Below, piece by piece: positions 41,664 through 50,306 of a stretch of 64,000 nt of DNA (the stretch's first letter is position 1; every line of letters begins with the position of its first letter). The notes under the pieces were generated by a model that saw nothing but the letters and a program-made list of their open reading frames with translations, had not been told where the DNA came from and did no database searches. The stretch is from an uncultured delta proteobacterium. Lineage in GTDB: Bacteria; Myxococcota; B64-G9. The position numbers were made by a program, and so were the translations under genes. Where the stretch lies: positions 1 to 64,000 of the forward strand of contig CAVWHX010000003.1 in assembly GCA_963754925.1 (NCBI GenBank), read 5' to 3'.

Positions 41664-42392
41664 TTATTGCGTGGGGCAGCAGGCAGAGACAAGCGTTTGG
41701 GCGGCACCATCACAATTTAATCCACTGCAATCATACGTTGTACTGCCTACAAGATAATAGCATTGGCTCGTCGAGCAACATGCCTCGACTGAGCAGTTGC
41801 ACATTGAATAAGCAGCGGAACACGTAGCGCCACTGTTGCTCGGTGCGACCCATACAAAATCCAAACTAATCGAAACATCGAGATACGTTCCGACAGAACT
41901 ATCCGCGCCGATGAACGAAACTTGCGCGTCAGTTTCGGTGGTACCCTGAGGCGCCGTCTCGTAACACGTACCATTCCCATGATAGTCTAGATTGCAGGTT
42001 TGCGTAGTCGGTGGCGACTCGCTTACATACTCTTCAGCGCTAAGAGACCCGTCAGTCTCCTCGGTATCCGTCAGCTGGATCTCGAAATAACCGCTAAGGG
42101 ATACGTCATAAATAACTATTGAATCTGCAGAAAGAGTCGGATCCCACGTTATCGTCCAGGCCACTGGAGAACTTTCTGAAAGTGTCTTGCCGGATGGCGT
42201 TGCCACAACCTGCTTTGCGCTGTTTGCGCCAGTGGCGGGCGGAGGAGTGCCGCTATGAAACGTGGCACCCGGGATATAAATATACGCAGTTTTTGTTCCA
42301 TTTGTTCCACTGGGTATCAAGCCGCATGACAGGGTGACAACCATAAGAGACATCGCTACCAACGATAGTAAAATTTGAGAACTCCTCTTCAT
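41664..42392 (-). CDS. Hypothetical lipoprotein with Cys-rich C-terminus
   Basis: Lipobox TLSC, AAGGAG RBS and a Cys-rich tail. Confidence 0.65.
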   Translation of the reverse strand: MKRSSQILLSLVAMSLMVVTLSCGLIPSGTNGTKTAYIYIPGATFHSGTPPPATGANSAKQVVATPSGKTLSESSPVAWTITWDPTLSADSIVIYDVSLSGYFEIQLTDTEETDGSLSAEEYVSESPPTTQTCNLDYHGNGTCYETAPQGTTETDAQVSFIGADSSVGTYLDVSISLDFVWVAPSNSGATCSAAYSMCNCSVEACCSTSQCYYLVGSTTYDCSGLNCDGAAQTLVSACCPTQ

Positions 42393-43005
42393 AATAAATT
42401 CTCCTTTACGGTTTTGTTTACTGATTTTCTCGACCTGTTTTCAATTGGATACGCCTCAACAAGGGACTTAATAATTCGGCACGTTTTTTCTCGTATCTGT
42501 CCCATAAAAATAGCGAGATACTGCTATAAACCCCTCGTCCTGAATTGGTTATGAATTATGACAATCGGACCACAATGATTAATAAGAGGAAACTACCGTT
42601 CTATCCTTCTCTCCGGTAACATCGACACATATTATTAGTAGTTTACAAGCTATTTTAAAACTCGTCAAAATTTATTCTACAAGCCCGACAGTTATGCGCA
42701 ACCGCTTATTTTTTCAAACAATTTAACCCTAAACCCCATTTATAAGTACGAAGAAAAGCCTTGACATTTATTCCCAAAAAGATATTCTTACCAAAGTGTC
42801 TTTTTACATAATGTTTGTTTCTCCTAGGAAATCTTCTTGGCGTAAAAGTTGAGAAAGGTATCCCAGGTGTGAAACTAGTTGTTTAGACACGGCTTTTCTA
42901 AGGGGATCATTTCCATGATAGACAGCCGAATTAATCCGGGCACAAAGACTATCAAATTAGCACCAATAGCGTCTCTGGATAGTTCTGCTCTTCTACGGAG
43001 GAATC

Positions 43006-44610
43006 ATGACTGAGCTAGCCATTAGGGTTCCGCGGACGTCGTCTCAGGGTCCGAGAACGGGTATTTGGACTCTCGTAATTATGGCAGGGTATATGTTCGC
43101 CATGGTCGGTTGTTCTGGATACATTTCCTCACCCAAGGGAACACTAAACCTGGAACTCCAAATTGCCCCTGGTGTAGACATTACTGAAATAAATTATCAG
43201 GTTACAAAGGATGGAATGGATCCCTTGGTGGGGACGTTCCCGGTTACCGATGACATCAGTGCGCCGGTTACCGGCACTATCGCCGGTCTTCCGGTCGGTA
43301 CCGGCTATACCATAACGCTGACCGCGAGCGCAGACGATGTGACCTGCGCTGGATCGGCCAACTTTGATGTCGTGGAAGGCACCACGACCCAGGTCAACGT
43401 ACCGGTAGAATGTCGGTACAACCGGCCTACCACACCCGTGTGCGGCGATGGCATCGTCGAATTTCCTGAAGAGTGCGACACCGCAATTCCCGCGGGTCAA
43501 CAGGGCGCGTGCCCGACCAGTTGCACGACCACTGATCCCTGTAACCCCTCGACGCTAACGAACGCCGGCACCTGCACGGCCGCGTGTGTGAACACGCCGA
43601 TCACGCAGTGCAAAGGCGGCGATGGTTGCTGTCCCGATGGTTGCAACATTCTCAGCGACACCGACTGCCCCGCAGCCTGCGGCGATGGCGTCGTCACGGC
43701 ACCCGAGACCTGCGATAAAGCGATTCCGGCCGGTCAACCGGGCGCATGCCCGACGACCTGCGACGATGGGATCGCCTGCACCAAAGACACCATGACCGGC
43801 AGCGCGGATCAATGCAATGTGGTCTGCAGCCATCAAGCGATTACACAATGTATCAACGACGACGGCTGCTGCCCGGCCGGCTGCAGCATCAAGAACGACA
43901 ACGACTGCTCCACCCGCTGCGGCGACGACGTTGTTTCAACCGGCGAGACGTGTGACCCGCCGAGTTCGTGTCCGACAAGCTGCGACGACGGAAATAAGTG
44001 CACCACTGACACCATGACCGGCAGCGCGGCAACCTGCAACGTCACGTGCAGTCATCAGGCGATTACCCAATGTATAAGCGGCGATGGCTGTTGCCCAGCC
44101 GGCTGCAACAACAAGAACGACAGCGACTGCACCCCGGTATGCGGCAATGGCGTGGTCGAGGCTGGTGAGCAATGTGATCCGCCCAACGGCACGACCTGCA
44201 GCGCCACCTGCACGGTCGAATCCATTTGTGGAGCGCCGCCCACCGATTGTTTCGCCTGTGAGTGTCACGACTGTTCTTGGTCGATGAACGCGTGCATAAA
44301 CGGCCCCGGTGTCGCCGCCAGCGGCCCGGCCGCCGGCACACCCAAAGCAAAACTGTGCACGAACCTGGTGCAGTGCGTGCAGGCCTCCAAATGCATAGGA
44401 GCTCAATGCTTGTGCGGTACGGTGAGCTTCTGTGACTGCATGCACGGAAAAGGCACTGGCCCCTGTAAGGCGCAGATCATTGCCGCCGCCGAAACAACCG
44501 ATCCCTTCCTGATCACTCTCCGCGAGTTCTGCCCCTCCTATGCCATCGGGCGCGCGGTCGACGTCCAGATGTGCTCCCTCTGGCAGTGTTTCCAGGAATG
44601 CTGGCGCTAG
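43006..44610 (+). CDS. Cys-rich repeat lipoprotein (myxococcal CGDG/CGNG repeats)
   Basis: Lipobox MVGC; repeats of CGDG..E.CD...CPT.CDDG..CT.D...DGCCP.GC. Confidence 0.8.
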   Translation: MTELAIRVPRTSSQGPRTGIWTLVIMAGYMFAMVGCSGYISSPKGTLNLELQIAPGVDITEINYQVTKDGMDPLVGTFPVTDDISAPVTGTIAGLPVGTGYTITLTASADDVTCAGSANFDVVEGTTTQVNVPVECRYNRPTTPVCGDGIVEFPEECDTAIPAGQQGACPTSCTTTDPCNPSTLTNAGTCTAACVNTPITQCKGGDGCCPDGCNILSDTDCPAACGDGVVTAPETCDKAIPAGQPGACPTTCDDGIACTKDTMTGSADQCNVVCSHQAITQCINDDGCCPAGCSIKNDNDCSTRCGDDVVSTGETCDPPSSCPTSCDDGNKCTTDTMTGSAATCNVTCSHQAITQCISGDGCCPAGCNNKNDSDCTPVCGNGVVEAGEQCDPPNGTTCSATCTVESICGAPPTDCFACECHDCSWSMNACINGPGVAASGPAAGTPKAKLCTNLVQCVQASKCIGAQCLCGTVSFCDCMHGKGTGPCKAQIIAAAETTDPFLITLREFCPSYAIGRAVDVQMCSLWQCFQECWR

Positions 44611-44680
44611 AGATTCAGCAATAGGGGCATACGGCAGATTCAATCTACAGAAACGCTAGCCTCCAAACGGCACCCGGTCG

Positions 44681-45541
44681 TCAACCGAGCTTAGCGAGAA
44701 GATCCTTCTGAAAGATTTCGTCGTCGATGACTCCCTCGCTGACGTGCACAACGGGTCCGGCCATGGTGGCGCGGAACTGTTCCTTAAACCAAACATCCAG
44801 AGTTCCACCCGGCATATGAACCGTGATTCGTGAATCACACAAACCGAGTTTATAGGCAACCGCGGCAGCGGCCGTGCTACTGCTGCCCGAGGCCAGGGTA
44901 TAGCCGGCGCCCCGTTCCCATATCTCAATACGAATGTTCAACCGATTAAGAACCGCCATAAATTGGACGTTCGTGCGATTGACGAATCGAGGCTCGACTT
45001 CTATCAATGGCCCGAACTGTTTTGCAAGCTCTGGCGTCGGCGAGTCGCAGAGAACGACGCAATGCGGGTTACCAACGGTTGCAGCGCAATAGGTAAATAC
45101 CCGGCCGCCGACTTCTATCGTTTCGTTCAATACTTCACGAACTGGCCCGGTAACCGGTATGGTATCGCTATCGAAGCTGACATCACCCATGTCGACCGTT
45201 ACCTTCCTGCCATCGGGCGCCACTTGCGCCGTCACCAGCCCGCCAAGCGTTTCAATGGTGAAGGGTTGTTCTCGAACCAATCCATAATCCCAAAGAAACC
45301 GCGAGAAGATGCGTAGACCGTTGCCGCTTTTCTCTGCTTCGCTTCCGTCCGGATTGAAAATTCTGAGCTTGTAATCGCACGATGTGCTCTTCAGTGGGCC
45401 GAGAAGAATCCCGTCGGAACCAACGCCATAATTTCTATGACAGATGAGACGAATGCGGCTTTGATTGAGTTCCCCATGCATATCGTTAGGTTGAATGACA
45501 ATATAATCGTTGCCAAGGGCGTGGTATTTGCTATATTTCAT
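44681..45541 (-). CDS. dapF: Diaminopimelate epimerase
   Basis: KYHALGNDY, NPDGSEAEKSGNG, GNPH and ERGAGYTLASGS; Ser occupies both usual catalytic Cys positions. Confidence 0.85.
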   Translation of the reverse strand: MKYSKYHALGNDYIVIQPNDMHGELNQSRIRLICHRNYGVGSDGILLGPLKSTSCDYKLRIFNPDGSEAEKSGNGLRIFSRFLWDYGLVREQPFTIETLGGLVTAQVAPDGRKVTVDMGDVSFDSDTIPVTGPVREVLNETIEVGGRVFTYCAATVGNPHCVVLCDSPTPELAKQFGPLIEVEPRFVNRTNVQFMAVLNRLNIRIEIWERGAGYTLASGSSSTAAAAVAYKLGLCDSRITVHMPGGTLDVWFKEQFRATMAGPVVHVSEGVIDDEIFQKDLLAKLG

Positions 45542-45900
45542 TAGCTTTCTTTTACTCCTACTCGCTGCACATCAATCCCAATCACTCATTCAGGGCTCGC
45601 GGACGTCTTTGGTTTCTCTCAGTTGAGAATTTTTGTCAACGCGTTTCGAAAAGCACTAGAGAAACCGTGGTCAAAATTACACGATTTAATATCTGGGTCG
45701 CCCATGACCGATGGTGGTGCGATGACCCCGAGAAAAATCACACTAAAAACGGAAAGCCTGGTGTCATTACGTTGGCGTTTACTTTTTTTGCCATTCCTGT
45801 AACTATACGAAAACAAAATAATCATTGAATGTAGCCCCGGTTGGTTCAGGTTTTGCAGTGCGATACCACGAATAGTTGGCGCTTACGGCAAGAGCTCCGC

Positions 45901-46503
45901 ATGACTGAAGCAAAGAAAAAAGATGATTCGTGCTCATTTTCTCAACCAGTATCGTATGCGCGATGTATGAATTGCGCCGACTCCGATTCCATCTCGGCCT
46001 GGTCGTTAGTCGGAATGTCGGCACTGGCAAAAAAAAATCTCGACCAGGCGATGCTGGCTTTTGAAAAGGTTCTAGCGCTATCGGACGGCCAAGAAATGCC
46101 TCAGGTGCTGGCCGCGCTGATTGGCTGTTACTTAGAACAAGGTGATGTGAACCGGGCCCGTCAAGCCATAGAAAGACAAAAAAACTGGTCTGCCTCGCCC
46201 GTGCTCTATGCCCAGCACTTGCTCGTGAAAATAGCATGCGGCGATATCATCAATGCGAAAAATGTATCAGCTGCAGACCCCGATGAAATCGCCCGTCAAT
46301 GGCCGCATCTTGTGGAGCGTCTCCTCCTCGGCGGTGCGGTGGAGGAGATCGAAAGGGTGCTTTTTGCCCTCACCGCTATCACCCTGTATTCCCCTCAGCT
46401 TACCTCGCCGCTGTCCAACCTTTTTGCCCGTTTCCGGTTATCTAAGGTCGTCGATTGGACCGAGGCCTGCGGCCGAAGAGTTGCTGGTTCGCCACACCGT
46501 TGA
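45901..46503 (+). CDS. TPR-like hypothetical protein
   Basis: Helical repeat pattern (AMLAFEKVLAL); start uncertain. Confidence 0.5.
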   Translation: MTEAKKKDDSCSFSQPVSYARCMNCADSDSISAWSLVGMSALAKKNLDQAMLAFEKVLALSDGQEMPQVLAALIGCYLEQGDVNRARQAIERQKNWSASPVLYAQHLLVKIACGDIINAKNVSAADPDEIARQWPHLVERLLLGGAVEEIERVLFALTAITLYSPQLTSPLSNLFARFRLSKVVDWTEACGRRVAGSPHR

Positions 46504-46517
46504 CATTCGGTATCATC

Positions 46518-47540
46518 TCAGCCCCCCACCAACACCACTTCGCGCTCGAGATCGACTCCAAACGTGTCACGCACCGATTGGCGAATCTCTTCGGACAATT
46601 CAAAAATCTCACGGCCGCTGGCGCCGCCGTAATTCACCAACACCAACGCCTGACGCTCATGCACCCCGCAGCGGCCGCGACGCCGGCCTTTCCAACCAAG
46701 ACGCTCGATCAGGTAGCCGGCCGCAAGCTTCATGCGCCCTACGCCCGCCGGGAACGCAACCAGACCGGGGAAGCGCTTGCTCAGAATATCGACCTGGTCC
46801 AGAGGCAGCTCGGGGTTTTTGAAAAAGCTTCCGGCGTTGCCGATTCTGGCTGGGTCGGGGAGTTTTTCTCGACGAATGCGCATAATGGCTTCAAAGACAT
46901 CCTGAATGGTGCAGTCGCGTTGATCTATTTTTTCAATTTCCTCTTCAAGCGCGGAATAACCAACCTTCGGCCGTGGATGTTTGCTCAAGCGAAGGGTTAG
47001 ATGCGTGATCGCCGCCCGATTCTTCCACTCGCGCTTGAAAACGCTGCTACGGTAGGTACAGCCACATTCTGGGCCGTTGAACGAGAGCGGTCGCCCGCCC
47101 GAGATCTCCAGCGCTTCGACCTGTTGAAGGACCTCTGACACCTCGACCCCGTAAGCGCCGATATTCTGAACCGGCGCTGCCCCCGCGCTGCCGGGGATGC
47201 CAGCCAGGTTTTCAATGCCACCCCAATTCCGGTCGACACAATACCTCACCAGTGCTTGCCAACTTTCCCCCGCGCCCACCCGCAGCCAAATTTCGTCCTT
47301 GGTCTCGCGCACAACCTCGCGACCTTGGATGGCTACTTTGACCACTAACCCCGGAACATCATCGATGAAGAGGATGTTCGATCCTTCTCCGAGAATCATC
47401 AATCCTTTGGAAAAGAGATCGCGCTGACTCAGGAGTGCTTGCAACTCATCGACCGAGTCGACCGTCGCAAACGTTTCGCAGCACGCATCAATCCCAAAGG
47501 TGTTGTGGGGTTTGAGCGAGTGGTGCGAGAGAAAATTCAT
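46518..47540 (-). CDS. murB: UDP-N-acetylenolpyruvoylglucosamine reductase
   Basis: NTFGI, GEGSN, IPGSAGAAPVQNIGAYG, NAGSFFKNP and QALVLVN. Confidence 0.95.
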   Translation of the reverse strand: MNFLSHHSLKPHNTFGIDACCETFATVDSVDELQALLSQRDLFSKGLMILGEGSNILFIDDVPGLVVKVAIQGREVVRETKDEIWLRVGAGESWQALVRYCVDRNWGGIENLAGIPGSAGAAPVQNIGAYGVEVSEVLQQVEALEISGGRPLSFNGPECGCTYRSSVFKREWKNRAAITHLTLRLSKHPRPKVGYSALEEEIEKIDQRDCTIQDVFEAIMRIRREKLPDPARIGNAGSFFKNPELPLDQVDILSKRFPGLVAFPAGVGRMKLAAGYLIERLGWKGRRRGRCGVHERQALVLVNYGGASGREIFELSEEIRQSVRDTFGVDLEREVVLVGG

Positions 47541-47609
47541 GAGCGGCGATAATACTCTTTTGAGAAGCATCCAGCGTATATTATTTTTGTTACATCAAAC
47601 GGGTCCCTC

Positions 47610-48341
47610 TCAGAGACTCATCGGACGACGCCCGGATACCATGATATAGAGCGCCAGACCGCGGAGGAACGGCACCGCTCCTATCCATCGTTCGAGTGTC
47701 GCCATCCGAGAGCTAAGAGCCCAGAAAGGCGGCGGCACCAATCCCATAAACCGATGGGTCACCTCCGCGAAGCCGGTTTGCTCCAGCAAGCGGCGTGTAC
47801 GTCGGGGGGTGCCTCGCCACATCTTGCGCTCAATCGACCATGAGAGCGCCGGATGGAATACAATGAACGGTACCCACAAGGGTTGGAGCGGATTTGGATC
47901 GACAAATATCGCGCGTCCTCCAGGAACCAAAGCGGTGTACACGCGGCGCAGCACCTCGAGTGGGTCCTCCATGTGGTGGAGGATTCCCCGTCCGGTTACC
48001 AGGGTAAAGTTCTGTCGGAAATCAATCTGCTCTGCGGGCTTCACCATCGGGATGAAATGGTCTGCCAGGTGCAGCGCCACAACTCGGCGGTGCAGCACCT
48101 GCAAGGTATTCTCAGATATGTCGAGTGCGGTCACTCGGCAACCGAGGCGGAGGAGCGGAATGGTCATCCGTCCAAAACCGCACCCGACGTCCAACACCTT
48201 CTCGCCGCCGTGAATGCCGTTCAGTTTGAAAAGTCGCTGGGTCATGCCTGCATGGAATGGCGTCTCTCGGCCATACAGGGCGTCGTACGCCTCGACCTGT
48301 TGATCGAAGTGCCGCTGCTGTCCGCTTGACCACTTCGTCAT
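47610..48341 (-). CDS. Class I SAM-dependent methyltransferase
   Basis: VLDVGCGFG and LHH; ATGA overlap with the upstream methyltransferase. Confidence 0.85.
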   Translation of the reverse strand: MTKWSSGQQRHFDQQVEAYDALYGRETPFHAGMTQRLFKLNGIHGGEKVLDVGCGFGRMTIPLLRLGCRVTALDISENTLQVLHRRVVALHLADHFIPMVKPAEQIDFRQNFTLVTGRGILHHMEDPLEVLRRVYTALVPGGRAIFVDPNPLQPLWVPFIVFHPALSWSIERKMWRGTPRRTRRLLEQTGFAEVTHRFMGLVPPPFWALSSRMATLERWIGAVPFLRGLALYIMVSGRRPMSL

Positions 48342-49009
48342 GACCAACATCGCAATTCCGCGCACGCGTTGGTAGCTACGGCCTGGTGGTACTCGCACAA
48401 CGGAAAATCAACATCGAACACTCGCAGCAGCGGTACCAAAAAGCGAGGTGTGTTGTTTTGGGAAATCATTCCGGTCGTCCAGAAATGCCGTACCGTTAAT
48501 CCGGCTCCGTTGATAAGATCCATCAAAAATCTACGCGTGAAACGCAAACCTCCTCGTTCGGCAGCTACCAGCAATGAGAAGGCGAACATCACCGGGTTAT
48601 TCCGGTTAGGTTCGATAATGACGACTGCTTCCTTGGCAACCCGTGCCATTTCCCTGATGACCGCCGCTGGATGCGGAACGTGGTGTAGCAGATTGGCTTC
48701 AAAAGCGATATCAAAGCTGGCGTCGGGGAACGGTAAGTCTTCAGCGTTCGCTTGCACGGTTTCAAATCCTTGAGCACGAGCTAACATGAGAGGCGATAGG
48801 TCTGTCCCGACGACCCGCTGAGCCCGCGCCGCCAGATGATGGGTGAAAAGACCCGGGCCGCAACCGACATCGAGCACTGAACGATTCGCCAGCGGCAACA
48901 CGCTTTCGATGCGATCGAGCTTCGGCAGTGCATAGGCCAGCACCACGGGATCGTTCGGACCTCGGTAGCGTACCCGACGCCAATAGTTCTCTTGCGGCTC
49001 AGGTTTCAG
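48338..49009 (-). CDS. Class I SAM-dependent methyltransferase (probable CTG start)
   Basis: VLDVGCGPG, LPFPDASFD and LLHH; GGAGG-N6-CTG is in frame and overlaps the GT2 stop. Confidence 0.8.
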   Translation of the reverse strand: MKPEPQENYWRRVRYRGPNDPVVLAYALPKLDRIESVLPLANRSVLDVGCGPGLFTHHLAARAQRVVGTDLSPLMLARAQGFETVQANAEDLPFPDASFDIAFEANLLHHVPHPAAVIREMARVAKEAVVIIEPNRNNPVMFAFSLLVAAERGGLRFTRRFLMDLINGAGLTVRHFWTTGMISQNNTPRFLVPLLRVFDVDFPLCEYHQAVATNACAELRCWS

Positions 49010-50220
49010 GGCGTTCCTCCGCCGGGAGGCTCCTGTGGGGGAATAAGGGCGACCACCGCCCGGACGAGCGAGCCCCAGAGGGCAAACGACAGCCCCAGAA
49101 GAAAGAGCAGCGATCCGGTAAGAACATATGACCAGTGCAGAAACACCTTGCCTTGGGTGAAGTAGGTATAGATACCTTCATGATTGAGTATGACGGCCGC
49201 CAGCATCAACAGTACCCCCACCAGCCACAGATTGTTGATAACCGTTTGGCGCAGCAGCGCCCGCGCGAGCAAGCTGTTGCGAAACGGCGGCATACGGTGG
49301 GCGGCGGCGAGAATGGTATTAGCTACCAGACCGAAGAAGATGAAGTGCACCCCCGAAAGCACCATAACCGTTATGGCGACAAGGCGGTAGATCTCCCAGT
49401 CCTCTACCCGCCGCGCCTGCAAGTAGTAGCTCACCGGCCCGATGCCGAGCACCACGGCGAGCACTAAGAGTACCACCCCCAAGAAGCCAAATACCTTCAA
49501 CGGATTGTACCGATGGGCGGTGCGCAGAATGGTCCATAAAAAACGCAGGCCATCTATTGCCGGACTGAGTTTTGAACCACCCACCCGTTCGTCATAGGGC
49601 ATTGGGATCTCACGGATATCAAGTCGTTCGTGAAGCGCGGAGGTGCTCATGGCTGGCGTGAAATCCAACCCGTCCGGAAGTTTTCCGAGGCGTGCGAGCG
49701 CCGATCGCTGAAAGATCCGCATGCCCGAGGCCGTGTCAGTTATCGTGCGCCCCGTGATCCAGCTCAGCAATCGAGCGAAAAACAAGTTACCAATCCATCG
49801 TACCGCTGGCATGTGCGAAGTGGCGCCGGCTAATCGAGAACCAAGCAGAATATCGGCCGGTTTGGTCGACATCTCCTTGGCCAAGTCGAACAAGAATTCC
49901 GGTTGATAGGTGCCGTCGGCGTCAAGAAAGGCAATCCACTCCCCTTTCGCCGCCGCGAAACCGGCCTTCAGCGCTCCACCGTAACCGTGATTCTGAGCAA
50001 GTTGCAGCAGCTTTACACCCGCGATCGAGCGAACCACCTCAGCCGTCTTATCGGTTGAGCCATCGTCCACGACGACAATCTCGACTTCTCGGATGCGATC
50101 AAACTCACGTTTAATTCTCTCAGCGGTTAGGCGCAAGCGCGCCAGGACGGCACCGATGCCTTGTTCTTCGTTGAGGGCCGGGAGCACGACTGAAACAACC
50201 AGCTGTTCTGGAGTGTTCAT
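49006..50220 (-). CDS. GT2 polyprenol-phosphate glycosyltransferase-like protein with C-terminal TM helices
   Basis: VVLPALNEE, VDDGSTD, GYGGAL, DADG, DTASG and RVGGSKL. Confidence 0.85.
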   Translation of the reverse strand: MNTPEQLVVSVVLPALNEEQGIGAVLARLRLTAERIKREFDRIREVEIVVVDDGSTDKTAEVVRSIAGVKLLQLAQNHGYGGALKAGFAAAKGEWIAFLDADGTYQPEFLFDLAKEMSTKPADILLGSRLAGATSHMPAVRWIGNLFFARLLSWITGRTITDTASGMRIFQRSALARLGKLPDGLDFTPAMSTSALHERLDIREIPMPYDERVGGSKLSPAIDGLRFLWTILRTAHRYNPLKVFGFLGVVLLVLAVVLGIGPVSYYLQARRVEDWEIYRLVAITVMVLSGVHFIFFGLVANTILAAAHRMPPFRNSLLARALLRQTVINNLWLVGVLLMLAAVILNHEGIYTYFTQGKVFLHWSYVLTGSLLFLLGLSFALWGSLVRAVVALIPPQEPPGGGTP

Positions 50221-50306
50221 AGTCGAAGTATAGGAGTCGGCATATCTAAAGGCAACTCTGTAACCAAGGTAATTGCACGGTGTTGGCTGCGTGGTAGCTC
50301 TGCGCG

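Noticed and set aside
42860..42945. c-di-GMP-I riboswitch
   Set aside because: There is only a loose CTAAGG...ACAGCCG resemblance; the conserved GGCAAA/GAAA/CGCAAAGC core is missing.
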